NCBI GenBank assembly: GCA_965112635.1
Contig: OZ218778.1
Span: 480,001 to 544,000, forward strand
Direction: 5' to 3'
Source of the DNA: an uncultured bacterium
Lineage (GTDB): Bacteria; Oederibacteriota; Oederibacteriia; Oederibacteriales; Oederibacteriaceae
DNA: 64,000 bases
Shown piece after piece: positions 48,747-58,266 of this stretch. The notes beneath the pieces are model-generated. The model searched no databases and was not told the DNA's origin. It saw only the letters and a program-made list of their open reading frames with translations. Both the position numbers and the translations under genes were made by a program. The stretch's first letter is position 1. Each line of letters starts with the position of its first letter.

Positions 48747-49922
48747 TTATAGATTTTTTGCTGAAACATAATCTTCGGATTTTTTAGGGACTTCCGACAA
48801 GCTCATGATATCGACCAGTTTATATTTGCTCGTGCCCAGGCCCAGTCTTTCGCCTTCCTTGACCACAAAGTAAGGGTCTTTCAAAGGTCCGTGAATGACC
48901 TGGAAAGGATGCAGCCCCGGCCGGATGGTCAGAGGCATGCAGCTGGGTATATTTTGTCTGATCACTTCTTGACCCGCGATCTTGTCCAAAGTGGCCTTTT
49001 CTACGGCCACAATATCATTGCCGGCAAAGATCCCTACATCATTAAGCACGGGAAGGCTGGTAAAACCAAAACAATCGCACATCGGGGTCATATAAGTGGC
49101 GAAGTCTATAAATACCCTGTTCTGTTTGGGGAAAAAGGACAGGACGTTTTTCACGGACAGGGCGCAGGCGGTTTGAAAAGACAAAAAATTGGATGGTTGT
49201 ATTTTTAAGGAACCTTCCGGAGCGACATTCAGGCATCTCATGCATTGGATGCACTGCTCAGTATGGAGATGGATGCCTTGGAAATCCTTCTCATCTTGGA
49301 CCAGGGCGTCCAGGGGGCAGGATTTGATGATTTTTTTGCGCAGAGCCTTGCTCCGGCACTTGTTCTTGAACCAGTACCGGTCTACCTGGCAGGTATCATG
49401 GATCTGGCTCCTGGTCTTCCAGGTCATGCCGCCCAGGGCCAGGTTCTTAAAAACGCCTCCAAATCCGCAAGCCGGATGGCCTTTGACGTGCGCCACGTCA
49501 ATGAGAAAATCAGCGTCGGCCAAATTGCCCGCGACCTGCCACTCTTTGACGTTTTTGTATTTGAGTTTAACGGTTCTAAAATGCTTTTCCTCGGGTCCCG
49601 CGGCCGGCAATAGATTGCAACCCAGGGTCTCATGGGTATATCCCCGCTCGTGGGCGGATTGGACCGCGCCGGGCGTGTCGGTCACAAAAGGGTTGCCTTT
49701 GCCTTTTTTGACCGCCTCGACGATCTTCCGGATGAACAAAGGATGGATGGTGGAATAGCCGATGCCTCCTCCCAGATGCATTTTGATGGCCACGGTCTTA
49801 TCCTTGACCCGGTGTTCCAGCCTTAAATGGGCCAGGATGCGGTCCAGTTTGGCCGGCAGGGTCTCGGCATGGTCATTCTTTTCCTGGTGCGCTGAACCGA
49901 AATAGACTATTTCTTGCATCAT
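48747..49922 (-). CDS. DUF362-domain Fe-S protein
   Basis: VAIKMH, HVKGH...FGGVFKNLALG, CIQCMRC, CDC. Confidence 0.88.
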   Translation of the reverse strand: MMQEIVYFGSAHQEKNDHAETLPAKLDRILAHLRLEHRVKDKTVAIKMHLGGGIGYSTIHPLFIRKIVEAVKKGKGNPFVTDTPGAVQSAHERGYTHETLGCNLLPAAGPEEKHFRTVKLKYKNVKEWQVAGNLADADFLIDVAHVKGHPACGFGGVFKNLALGGMTWKTRSQIHDTCQVDRYWFKNKCRSKALRKKIIKSCPLDALVQDEKDFQGIHLHTEQCIQCMRCLNVAPEGSLKIQPSNFLSFQTACALSVKNVLSFFPKQNRVFIDFATYMTPMCDCFGFTSLPVLNDVGIFAGNDIVAVEKATLDKIAGQEVIRQNIPSCMPLTIRPGLHPFQVIHGPLKDPYFVVKEGERLGLGTSKYKLVDIMSLSEVPKKSEDYVSAKNL

Positions 49923-49947
49923 TGCCTCCCTTGAAGATCAAAGTAAT

Positions 49948-50772
49948 CTATATTTTACGTAACAATCTTTGCAGATATTGAATGGTCGCCTTGATGTCTT
50001 TTTGCTGCTGCTTTCCGGAGATCTCCCGCTCGATGATGAACTCGCCCTTAAAGCCTACCTGCTTGAGTTTCTTGATGAACTCGGGATACCGCACCCTGCC
50101 GGTGCCCACCTTCACCTCGTGGCCCAGCTTCATGGGATCAGTCGGATACATCCCGTCCTTGGCGTGGATATTGCGCACATACTTTCCGAAAACATCCAGG
50201 CTGTCGATGGGGTTGGCCTTGCCGTATAAGATCAGATTGGCCGGGTCCAGGTTGAGCCCCAGGTTGCCTGTCCCTGCCGCCTGAATGAGCCTGAGCATGG
50301 TCACCGGCGTCTCCTGGCCTGTCTCGAACCAGAACTGCAGCCCCCGCCTTTTATAATAAAGGGCCACTTCCCGCACGGCCTTGACCAGCCGGCTGAACAA
50401 GGGGTCTATGCAGTTTTCCGGTATGAACCCTAAATGCGTGATGACCGCCGGGACGCCCAGCTGGACCGCGAAATCGCCGGCCCGTTTCATGCTTTGGACC
50501 CGCATCGCCCTGTAACGGGATGGCACGAGCCCCAGCGTCACGGGCCCCTTGATCAGGTCCCAGACTCTGGGTCCTAGCCAGCCCGCCCAAAAAGCCGTGG
50601 TGTGGACGCCCGCCTGTTTGGTTTTCAGCCTGTAAACCCGGGCCAATTTCTCGCTCCAGAGCGAGGGGTCCCAGCTGACCAGCTGGCAGGTTGTCAATCC
50701 AAATTTTTTAAGGTTATCAACGCCTTCCAGGTTTTCCGTCAGCTGGACAATAGCGCCTATCTCATTTTTCAT
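49948..50772 (-). CDS. Sugar phosphate isomerase/epimerase (AP-endonuclease-2 TIM barrel)
   Basis: FETGQE, DPANL, HAKDG, IEREI. Confidence 0.9.
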   Translation of the reverse strand: MKNEIGAIVQLTENLEGVDNLKKFGLTTCQLVSWDPSLWSEKLARVYRLKTKQAGVHTTAFWAGWLGPRVWDLIKGPVTLGLVPSRYRAMRVQSMKRAGDFAVQLGVPAVITHLGFIPENCIDPLFSRLVKAVREVALYYKRRGLQFWFETGQETPVTMLRLIQAAGTGNLGLNLDPANLILYGKANPIDSLDVFGKYVRNIHAKDGMYPTDPMKLGHEVKVGTGRVRYPEFIKKLKQVGFKGEFIIEREISGKQQQKDIKATIQYLQRLLRKI

Positions 50773-50863
50773 CCTGAAATCAGGGCCTTTCCAAAGGGTT
50801 CACACAGATTTTCAGTATCATACGCCTTTTTTCCTGTTTGTAAAATGCGGCCGGCCCAAAATC

Positions 50864-51364
50864 CTACAGGTTGAGAATCCATAAAAAGTAGTTCAGCACG
50901 CCTGCAAAGCTGACCCAGACCAGGTAGGGAATCATCAAATAGCCGGCCAGGGATGAAATACGGCCGGCAAGTAAGGTTGACCAAAGGATCAAGGCCCACA
51001 AAAAAACGATATCCGCAAAAGCCAGCCCTGGTAAATGCCAGCCGAAAAAGATCAAAGACCACAAAAAGTTAAGGCACAGTTGCAGACCAAAGACCGCTAA
51101 AAATGTTTTATGTCTAGCCGGTCCTTTTCTCCATACAAGGAACAACGAAACGCCCATGAGCAGATACAGCAGAGTCCACATAGGCCCAAAAATCCAGTTG
51201 GGAGGGTTAAAGGAAGGTTTGTTCAGAACGGCATACCAGGTGGAAATAGCAGGATAAGTCACCAATCCGCCCAATCCTCCGACGGCTTGGCACAGCACAA
51301 TGCTGACGGCCGCCTTGACCACGTCCGAGTAGGGGCTTGTTTTTTTCTGTTTGATGGTTTTCAT
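50864..51364 (-). CDS. tspO: TspO/MBR-family protein
   Basis: WYAVLNKPSFNPPNWIFGPMWT, PYLVWVSFA. Confidence 0.93.
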   Translation of the reverse strand: MKTIKQKKTSPYSDVVKAAVSIVLCQAVGGLGGLVTYPAISTWYAVLNKPSFNPPNWIFGPMWTLLYLLMGVSLFLVWRKGPARHKTFLAVFGLQLCLNFLWSLIFFGWHLPGLAFADIVFLWALILWSTLLAGRISSLAGYLMIPYLVWVSFAGVLNYFLWILNL

Positions 51365-51373
51365 GCCAACCGT

Positions 51374-52399
51374 TCAGTAAAGCAGTGTGGGAAACATGGG
51401 CGCTCTTTGCTGGAACCGGAGCAAAAGCCTGAAAGAATAGACCCGGAAAAAATAGGATGCCGGCAAACAGGCCAGGGCGACCAGGTACAGGAAACCCAGC
51501 CCGCAGACCGGCGCCAGGCAAACCAGCAGAACGGCTTTGACAGCCGCGGACAGGGCGAGCACTTCGGCCAGGCCGGCCAGGACAAGGACGATGAACCCTC
51601 CCCCCACGACCCCGGACACCAGGATGGGGATGAACAGAAGGAAAGAAACAACAGCCCCGGCAATGGCCAGGATAAATCTCGTGCAGCCGTAACCGGCCAG
51701 CTGCCCAATATTTTTTAGGGCCATCCAGAAAAATTCCTCCCAGGCCTGGATCAGGCCGATCCGGCGCTGGCACATGAGAGGCAGGACAAAATCAACGGCC
51801 AGCCATTTCAGCAGCCCGAAGATGGCGCCGTAGAACAGCAGTACCGTAAAGGCATGGTTGAAGAACGCCTTGTCCGGGAAATTACCGTCCCTGAAAGCCC
51901 ACAGAAAAGGCACCAAGAGATAATGCAGGACTAAACCCAGCAGGAGGACTTGCAGGGAACCGAGGAAGACAAATAGGGACCAGCCGCTGCGGAATTGCTG
52001 GGCCAGGCTGGGGCCGAGCCTGAAATCACCTTCCAGGATGGCTTCAAAAAAGGAGAATTTAAAGACCGTGCCAAGAAATACTAGAACCAGCCATAGGAAG
52101 AAAATGGCCAGAACCAGAACCACGATCCAGACCGGGTGATAGGTCAGCCCCTGCTCGGCCAGGTCGGAAAAAGAAGGGCCCATTTGGGCCAGGAAAGAGT
52201 CAGCATCCATGAATTGGAGGCCGTTGAAGAGCCTCCTGAGCAGGGGCACGGAAATGCCGAGCGCCCCTCCGCCCATGACCAGGACGATAAATCCCAGGAC
52301 GGACCAAACTTTCGGCTCAAAGGGTTTGAACAACTTTGTCCAAGACTGCCGTAAGGCAGGCTTGATCTCCTCAAATGCGAACATGGGGCCGGTTTTCAC
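51374..52399 (-). CDS. Polytopic membrane protein of unknown function
   Basis: Multiple transmembrane segments, operon-like spacing. Confidence 0.7.
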   Translation of the reverse strand: MKTGPMFAFEEIKPALRQSWTKLFKPFEPKVWSVLGFIVLVMGGGALGISVPLLRRLFNGLQFMDADSFLAQMGPSFSDLAEQGLTYHPVWIVVLVLAIFFLWLVLVFLGTVFKFSFFEAILEGDFRLGPSLAQQFRSGWSLFVFLGSLQVLLLGLVLHYLLVPFLWAFRDGNFPDKAFFNHAFTVLLFYGAIFGLLKWLAVDFVLPLMCQRRIGLIQAWEEFFWMALKNIGQLAGYGCTRFILAIAGAVVSFLLFIPILVSGVVGGGFIVLVLAGLAEVLALSAAVKAVLLVCLAPVCGLGFLYLVALACLPASYFFRVYSFRLLLRFQQRAPMFPTLLY

Positions 52400-52488
52400 C
52401 TCACCACACGGGGGTTTACTGGATCCAAGGACGGCCCCCGGGAAGTTCGGTGCTTACGCCGTTCCCGGGCGCCGCCTTGAAGGTAAAA

Positions 52489-53352
52489 CTATTCTTCTTT
52501 TTCGTTCTTTATCTTGACGCCCTTGAGCAGGTCTTTGTGCGTTTCGATGTTGGCTTTGGATTTGAGCTTGTCCACATAGGCGTCCAGGGCTTCCAGCTGC
52601 TTTTGTCTCAAAAGTTCGCGCGAGATCTCGCCTTGGACTTCGTCCAGCTTTTTGGTGCCTTCCGGCCGGATATCGTCGAGCTTGACCACATGCCATCCGA
52701 ACTGGGTCTTGAAAGGCTTGGAGACATCCCCTTTTTTCATTGCAAACACGACCTTTTCGAACTCCGGGACCATGTCGCCCTGGGCAAAGTATCCCAGGTC
52801 TCCGCCTTTATCCTTGTTGCCGTCGTCCTCCGAATATTTTTCGGCCAGCTTGCTGAAATCCCCGCCGTCCTTCAATTCCTGGTAAACCTTATCGGCTTTC
52901 TCCTCGGTCTTGAGAAGGATATGGCGGGCCTTGCGCCTCTCCGTAGTTTTCAAGCGGTCTTTGTGGGCATCGTAGTAATCCTGGATATCGCTCTTGCTCA
53001 CCTTGACCTTGCCGCTGATCTCTTTTTCCAGCAGCAGTTTGACCAGCACTTCGCGGTAGGCCTCGTCCATCTGGTATCTGGCCTCGGGCTTTTTGTCCAA
53101 TCCCTGGGACATGGCCTCTTCCGCCAGTACTTCCGCCTTGACCCATCCGTCCACCATCTGTTCCTTTTGCTCGTCCGTGAGCGAGAAACCCGCGGGTTGG
53201 CCGTTGACCACATCCTTGGCCAGGATGACGAACTGCTCCTTGGTCAGGGCCTTGCCGTTGACCTGGGCGATAACGTCATCGCCCCAGCTCAGGCTGGGCA
53301 GGCTCACCCCCAGGATCAGGATAATAAATATGACGACCTTAAAAGATCTCAT
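52489..53352 (-). CDS. PpiC/PrsA-type peptidyl-prolyl isomerase
   Basis: ARHILL, GGDLG, MVPEFE, TQFGWHVVK. Confidence 0.93.
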   Translation of the reverse strand: MRSFKVVIFIILILGVSLPSLSWGDDVIAQVNGKALTKEQFVILAKDVVNGQPAGFSLTDEQKEQMVDGWVKAEVLAEEAMSQGLDKKPEARYQMDEAYREVLVKLLLEKEISGKVKVSKSDIQDYYDAHKDRLKTTERRKARHILLKTEEKADKVYQELKDGGDFSKLAEKYSEDDGNKDKGGDLGYFAQGDMVPEFEKVVFAMKKGDVSKPFKTQFGWHVVKLDDIRPEGTKKLDEVQGEISRELLRQKQLEALDAYVDKLKSKANIETHKDLLKGVKIKNEKEE

Positions 53353-53406
53353 TGCTCCTCCTTTGAATTTTTTTCACTGGCCTGGAACTTCTGTTCTTGG
53401 GCAGAT

Positions 53407-53910
53407 TTAAAACTTGATAAGGATGACCTTGCCTTTTATCTGATTCCGGTTGATCGGCCCCCATACCCTGCTGTCCTTGCTGAAATCCCGGTTGTCGCCC
53501 ATCACAAAATAGGCGTCCTGGGCCAAAGTCAAGGGTTCCATATTATCACGGCTGTCCGCATATTGGGGGTCTTTGTGGACCGCGTACGGCTCGTCAATCT
53601 TTTGTTGGTTGATATAGACCGTCTTGCCTATTTCCTGCACAGTATCGCCCGGCAGGCCGATGACCCTTTTGAGGACTCCCTCGCCCTCCTGGTTTAAAAG
53701 CACGATATCCCCCCTGCAGGGGTTCGTAAAAACATACCAACATTTAAGGACAAAGACAAATTGTTTTACCGGCAGGGTGGGCTCCATAGAGATGGTGCTG
53801 GCATATACCCCTTCTATAATATAGGCGCGCACGCCCAATGCCAAAACAATCCCTATAAGGACAAGGATCAATAATCTTTTTAACGAAATGCCCTTGTCTT
53901 GCTCGGCCAT
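53407..53910 (-). CDS. lepB: Signal peptidase I
   Basis: SMEPTL, KRVIGLPGD, MGDNRDFSKDSR. Confidence 0.93.
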   Translation of the reverse strand: MAEQDKGISLKRLLILVLIGIVLALGVRAYIIEGVYASTISMEPTLPVKQFVFVLKCWYVFTNPCRGDIVLLNQEGEGVLKRVIGLPGDTVQEIGKTVYINQQKIDEPYAVHKDPQYADSRDNMEPLTLAQDAYFVMGDNRDFSKDSRVWGPINRNQIKGKVILIKF

Positions 53911-53938
53911 TCGCTCACCTTTCTAGGTTGGCCACCGG

Positions 53939-56900
53939 TCACGCCACGCTGTCGGGGCATATCTCCCGGTAGGCGCAAAAGCGGCAGCTTTGGTAATCCG
54001 GCTTGGAAGCAAAGACCCCGGCGCCAATGCCCCCGGCCGCTTCTTTGACCTCTTCCCAGGCCTTGTCCAGATGCTCCTGCGTTTTAACGGCCCGGCCGGT
54101 GAGACCGGACTCGAGGAACCTGAGCTGGACTTCCTGGGGCAGGAACCCGGTCATCTCCTGGTGCGCCAGGGCGTAGATGGCCAGCTGCAGGCTTTCCTTG
54201 GCCCGGTCATCCGCCTTTTTCTGTTCGGTCACGTTGGACGATTTATAGTCGATGATGACCGCGCTCCCTTTTTCTCCGTCCATCCGGTCGAACCGGCCTT
54301 TGACCATGATGCCCTCGCGCTTGAAGGAGAACTCCTGTTCCACACCGTTCGGGATGATGGTCTGCTTTTCTTCATACTCGTAAAAACGCTTCAGGGTGTC
54401 CAACCCTTCCTGGAACCGCCGTTCTTCCTGGGCCCGGTGCAAAAACCCCTCCAGCCTCCAGGCGCTTTTAAAGACCGCGGCCATCTCCTCCAGGCTCACG
54501 GGCTTGCCCGCTTTTTTACCGCGCAGGTAGGCGCCCACGGCCTGGTGCAGGGCATTGCCAAAGATAACGCTGTGGTGGCTCAGGATGGGTATCTTGAGGA
54601 TATGGATGTACTTGTACTTCAAAGGGCAGGTCAGGTAATCGTCCACCTGGTTGTGGCTGAGGAACAAGAGGTCCTGTCCCGGCCTGCTCTTCAAAAGGGC
54701 GGGCTGGGGCTCTGGCGCCAGGGCGTGCCGTGAAATGGCCTGCTCGCTGGATGATTTGGCTGTGGCCAATTCCTTGGTCTTGGGCATATCCAGCGCTTCC
54801 ATCACGAAAAAGCTCAGCTTCTTCAGTTTTTTGCCGCCGTAATCCCTGGCGCTGGTCAGGTACAGTTCTTTTTTGGCTCGGGTCATGCCTACATAGAACA
54901 GCCTGCGCTCTTCTTTGACGTGGTAATCCGTGGAGGGCAGGCCTACTTCGCGCGTGCTGATAAGTTCGTCCGGCAGTTCAAAGGTCCTGCGCCTGGCCCG
55001 GCTGGGGAATTTTTGGTCCACCAGGCTGACCATGAACACCGCCCCGAACTCCAAACCTTTGGCCTTGTGCACGGTCAAAACCTGCACCGCGTCCGCATCC
55101 AGGTCCACTTCCCCGGCCGAGGGGTCGTCCCCGGCCCTTTTCAAAAGTTCCAAATGTTTGACGAACTCAAACGCCCGGTCGGTCTGGGTGGCCTGGCTGA
55201 AATGTTTGACCAAACTAAAAAACCTGGCGATATGCCCCAGGGTCTCTTCGCTGGCCGCCGAAGGGTGCCTCGCCAGCCTTTTGAGCTGTCCGCTTTCCAG
55301 CAGGAATTGGTATAAAAGCTGCCCGGTGGGCGCTTCTCCGGCCATTTTGAGATAGCGTGCCAGGTCTTCCAGCAGTTTGGCCGTTTTTTCCTCGGCTTCC
55401 GCTGATAATTCCAGGCCTTCCAGCTTTTTGCGGTTTTCCATGACCTCGCGCAGGGAACGGTTGAGCCGGCCCGCCTTGCTGTTCAAAAGCACCAGGTCGT
55501 AGAGCGGGACCTTGTAGTAGTGGGAACTGGCCAGCTGGTAGAGGCTCACCGAATCATACACATCGACCACAGCCCTCAAAAAACAAAGGAGCAGTTTGAC
55601 CTCCGGCTTGTCATACAGCCCGCGGTCCCCGGAGAACCGGTAAGGGATGCTTTTCATATTGAGGCTCCTGAGGAACGGGTCCGCGTCGCTGTTGTGCCGC
55701 ACCAAGATGGCGATGTCGCTGTAACGGAAAATCTTGTCCTTCACTTTTTCAGCTATCGTCTCTGCAACTTTGTCCGCCTCGTGGTCCAGGGAGTCGCAGT
55801 GCAGGTGCTGGGGCGGCTTGCCTAGGCTGGCCAGGGAAACCAGCTTTTTGCTGACCTTTTGTTTGACCTCCAGCCTGTCCGGGTTGTTGTTTTGGATGAG
55901 CCGGTAAGCGCTGTCCAGGATGGCCTGGGACGAACGGTAGTTTTTGACCAGCACGACGGTCTTGGCCTTGGGAAAAACATCGGAGAACTTAAGGATATTG
56001 CTGATGGCCGCCCCGCGGAACTTGTAAATGCTCTGGTCGTCGTCCCCCACCACGGTCAGATTAGCCGGCCCGTTTTCCCTGGTGGCCAGCAGCCGGATGA
56101 GCTCAAACTGCGCATGGTTGGTGTCCTGGAATTCGTCAATGAGGATGTATTTGTATTTCTCCTGGTACTTTTTCAAAAAAGAAGGGTGCTCACGGAACAG
56201 TTTCAGGGGCAGCCACACCTGGTCGCCGAAATCGATCTTGCCTTTTTCTTTCATCAGGCGGTCGTAGTTCCGATAGGCCCTGCTGACCTCCAGGTGTATC
56301 TGGGCTTGTTCCCGGTCGACCACACTGGCTTCCGCTCTTTTTTGCAGGCCTTGGGCATAGGCCAGATAATCCTCGGGTGAAATATCCTCGTCTTTAGCCC
56401 TCAGATACAGTTCGGACAGGCTGGCCGCCAGGTCCTCAGCGTGGAGGGATGGTTTTAAAATATCCAGCTCCAGCTCAAAGATGTGCTCCAAAAAGAAAAG
56501 CGATTGCTCGGCTTCTGTCAAAAGCTGGTAATCCAAAGGCAAACCCAGCTCCAAACAGTGGTCTCGGATTATCTCATCGCCGAACGAGTGGAATGTCCCT
56601 ATCCAGGCGTTGATATAGCCGTAAGGAACGAGCCTATCCACCCGCTCTTCCATTTCCTGGGCAGCCTTTTCCGTAAAGGTGAGGGCCAATATCTCCTCAG
56701 GCCGGGCCTTCTTTTGCTCTATCAGGGAAGCAATGCGGTGGGTGAGAACTCTGGTCTTGCCTGTGCCTGCTCCGGCCAGTATCAGCAGCGGCCCCTCGCC
56801 ATGCAAAACCGCCTGCTTTTGCTCATCATTTAGATTATCCAGCAATCCTTCTGGCTTGATGTAGGAGGAAGGCACCGGCTCAACTTTATGAGCTTTCTTA

Positions 56901-56947
56901 GGTTTGGGCACCACAATTCTTTTCAGTATTTTCTTAGCTTTTGGCAA
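53939..56947 (-). CDS. UvrD/PcrA-like helicase fused to a PD-(D/E)XK nuclease (AdnA/B-like)
   Basis: AGAGTGKT, DEFQD, GDDDQSIY, HKAKGLEF, EERRLFYV; C-terminal GRFDR...IIDYK...QLAIY and CRFCAYREIC. Confidence 0.92.
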   Translation of the reverse strand: MPKAKKILKRIVVPKPKKAHKVEPVPSSYIKPEGLLDNLNDEQKQAVLHGEGPLLILAGAGTGKTRVLTHRIASLIEQKKARPEEILALTFTEKAAQEMEERVDRLVPYGYINAWIGTFHSFGDEIIRDHCLELGLPLDYQLLTEAEQSLFFLEHIFELELDILKPSLHAEDLAASLSELYLRAKDEDISPEDYLAYAQGLQKRAEASVVDREQAQIHLEVSRAYRNYDRLMKEKGKIDFGDQVWLPLKLFREHPSFLKKYQEKYKYILIDEFQDTNHAQFELIRLLATRENGPANLTVVGDDDQSIYKFRGAAISNILKFSDVFPKAKTVVLVKNYRSSQAILDSAYRLIQNNNPDRLEVKQKVSKKLVSLASLGKPPQHLHCDSLDHEADKVAETIAEKVKDKIFRYSDIAILVRHNSDADPFLRSLNMKSIPYRFSGDRGLYDKPEVKLLLCFLRAVVDVYDSVSLYQLASSHYYKVPLYDLVLLNSKAGRLNRSLREVMENRKKLEGLELSAEAEEKTAKLLEDLARYLKMAGEAPTGQLLYQFLLESGQLKRLARHPSAASEETLGHIARFFSLVKHFSQATQTDRAFEFVKHLELLKRAGDDPSAGEVDLDADAVQVLTVHKAKGLEFGAVFMVSLVDQKFPSRARRRTFELPDELISTREVGLPSTDYHVKEERRLFYVGMTRAKKELYLTSARDYGGKKLKKLSFFVMEALDMPKTKELATAKSSSEQAISRHALAPEPQPALLKSRPGQDLLFLSHNQVDDYLTCPLKYKYIHILKIPILSHHSVIFGNALHQAVGAYLRGKKAGKPVSLEEMAAVFKSAWRLEGFLHRAQEERRFQEGLDTLKRFYEYEEKQTIIPNGVEQEFSFKREGIMVKGRFDRMDGEKGSAVIIDYKSSNVTEQKKADDRAKESLQLAIYALAHQEMTGFLPQEVQLRFLESGLTGRAVKTQEHLDKAWEEVKEAAGGIGAGVFASKPDYQSCRFCAYREICPDSVA

Positions 56948-56956
56948 GACTAAACC

Positions 56957-57343
56957 TCAACTCTTTCTTTTATATTTAGAAAATATATTTCCTAAATATC
57001 CACCTGCAAATATCGCTATTAAAATTGGAAGTAACATTTTAAAGAATACTTCATCAAGATTAAAACCGTAGCCAGTTTCAATTATTTGCGACAAGATGAT
57101 AAAACTTAATAATAAAAATCCAGGTAATCCTAAAATAACGACTGCAAAATATTTTGGTCTAGGCAGGAAGAAGCAACCAATTATTCCTGTAATAAAATAC
57201 AATATTGGTGAAATGATGTAGGTAGAAAACCAAAGGCACCAGCAAATCCAATGAAGAGCGATTCCAAAAATGAAAAACAAAAACCCTATTTTCACCAACG
57301 GACTTTTTTTAATTGATGCAATATTTGTTTTATCAAATATCAT
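56957..57343 (-). CDS. AT-rich hypothetical membrane protein
   Basis: About four hydrophobic segments; composition differs from neighbours. Confidence 0.6.
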   Translation of the reverse strand: MIFDKTNIASIKKSPLVKIGFLFFIFGIALHWICWCLWFSTYIISPILYFITGIIGCFFLPRPKYFAVVILGLPGFLLLSFIILSQIIETGYGFNLDEVFFKMLLPILIAIFAGGYLGNIFSKYKRKS

Positions 57344-57462
57344 GCCCTCACTCCGTGACTCTGCTATTAAATATTTCTTTATTCCCTAACATTCACCTCA
57401 AACCGTGTGCCGGTTTCAAAAAAAATCTACCCTTTTGAAAAGGGTGTCGGATCACTTGATGA

Positions 57463-57900
57463 TTATTTTTTCCTGCCATATTTAGGTCTTCGTTCCCTGG
57501 CCATCAAACCTGTTTGCCTCAGACCACGGAATACTTCCGCGAGCTTTTTCTTATCCATCTTGCCTGAGGCCACTTGCATCATGGCCTGCTGCAGCTCTCC
57601 CCGGGGTTCATCCAGGGTAATATTGCCGTTGAGCTTTAGAAACCAAAGAGCCGCGCCCAACCCCGCCCTTTTGTTCCCGTCAATAAAGGGGTGGTTTTGG
57701 CAGATATGAAAAGCATAGGCCGCGGCCATTTCAAAAATATCCTCATGAAGGTATTCGCCGCCAAAGGAACTCTCCGGCATAGCCAGAGCGGACTGCAGCA
57801 AATTTATGTCCCGGAGTCCATGAGAACCACCGTACTTCTCGATCCGGGATCTATGAATATCCATTATTTCCGCAAAAGTAAGGAAAAGTATCTCTTTCAT
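57463..57900 (-). CDS. doc: Doc/Fic-family toxin
   Basis: HPFIDGNKR motif. Confidence 0.92.
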   Translation of the reverse strand: MKEILFLTFAEIMDIHRSRIEKYGGSHGLRDINLLQSALAMPESSFGGEYLHEDIFEMAAAYAFHICQNHPFIDGNKRAGLGAALWFLKLNGNITLDEPRGELQQAMMQVASGKMDKKKLAEVFRGLRQTGLMARERRPKYGRKK

Positions 57901-57905
57901 AAAAG

Positions 57906-58133
57906 TTATCCGGCCAGCTTCCTAAAAGTCTCGCCATGTTCCCGGTCTATCTCATCCATGGCCCTCTTAAACTTGAGTTGCCTGGCCTCGCTGGCGGCCG
58001 GTGAAATGATGAGATTTTTGCCGTCCGTGGTGACATCCAAAGCCTGGTTGGGCTTAAACTTTAAAAGCTCCAGCAAAGGCTTATCAATAATAAGCGCCAT
58101 GCTGTTGCCATGCGACACCAATTTTTTAACCAT
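57906..58133 (-). CDS. AbrB/MazE-type antitoxin
   Basis: KKLVSHGNSMALIIDK; directly upstream of doc. Confidence 0.88.
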   Translation of the reverse strand: MVKKLVSHGNSMALIIDKPLLELLKFKPNQALDVTTDGKNLIISPAASEARQLKFKRAMDEIDREHGETFRKLAG

Positions 58134-58266
58134 AAAATCCTCCCCCTTAATCATTTATTTCTGTATATACAATGGTATCACCGGATAAATTGAAGTCAAG
58201 AGAAGCAGGAAGTGATGCAAGCTCTGGTTTTGAATATACTGCGATATCCTCAAGCGCAGGGGCTTT

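Noticed and set aside
52400-52488. SRP (4.5S) RNA candidate
   Set aside because: Lacks the conserved CAGG...GGAA...AGCAG helix-8 motif.
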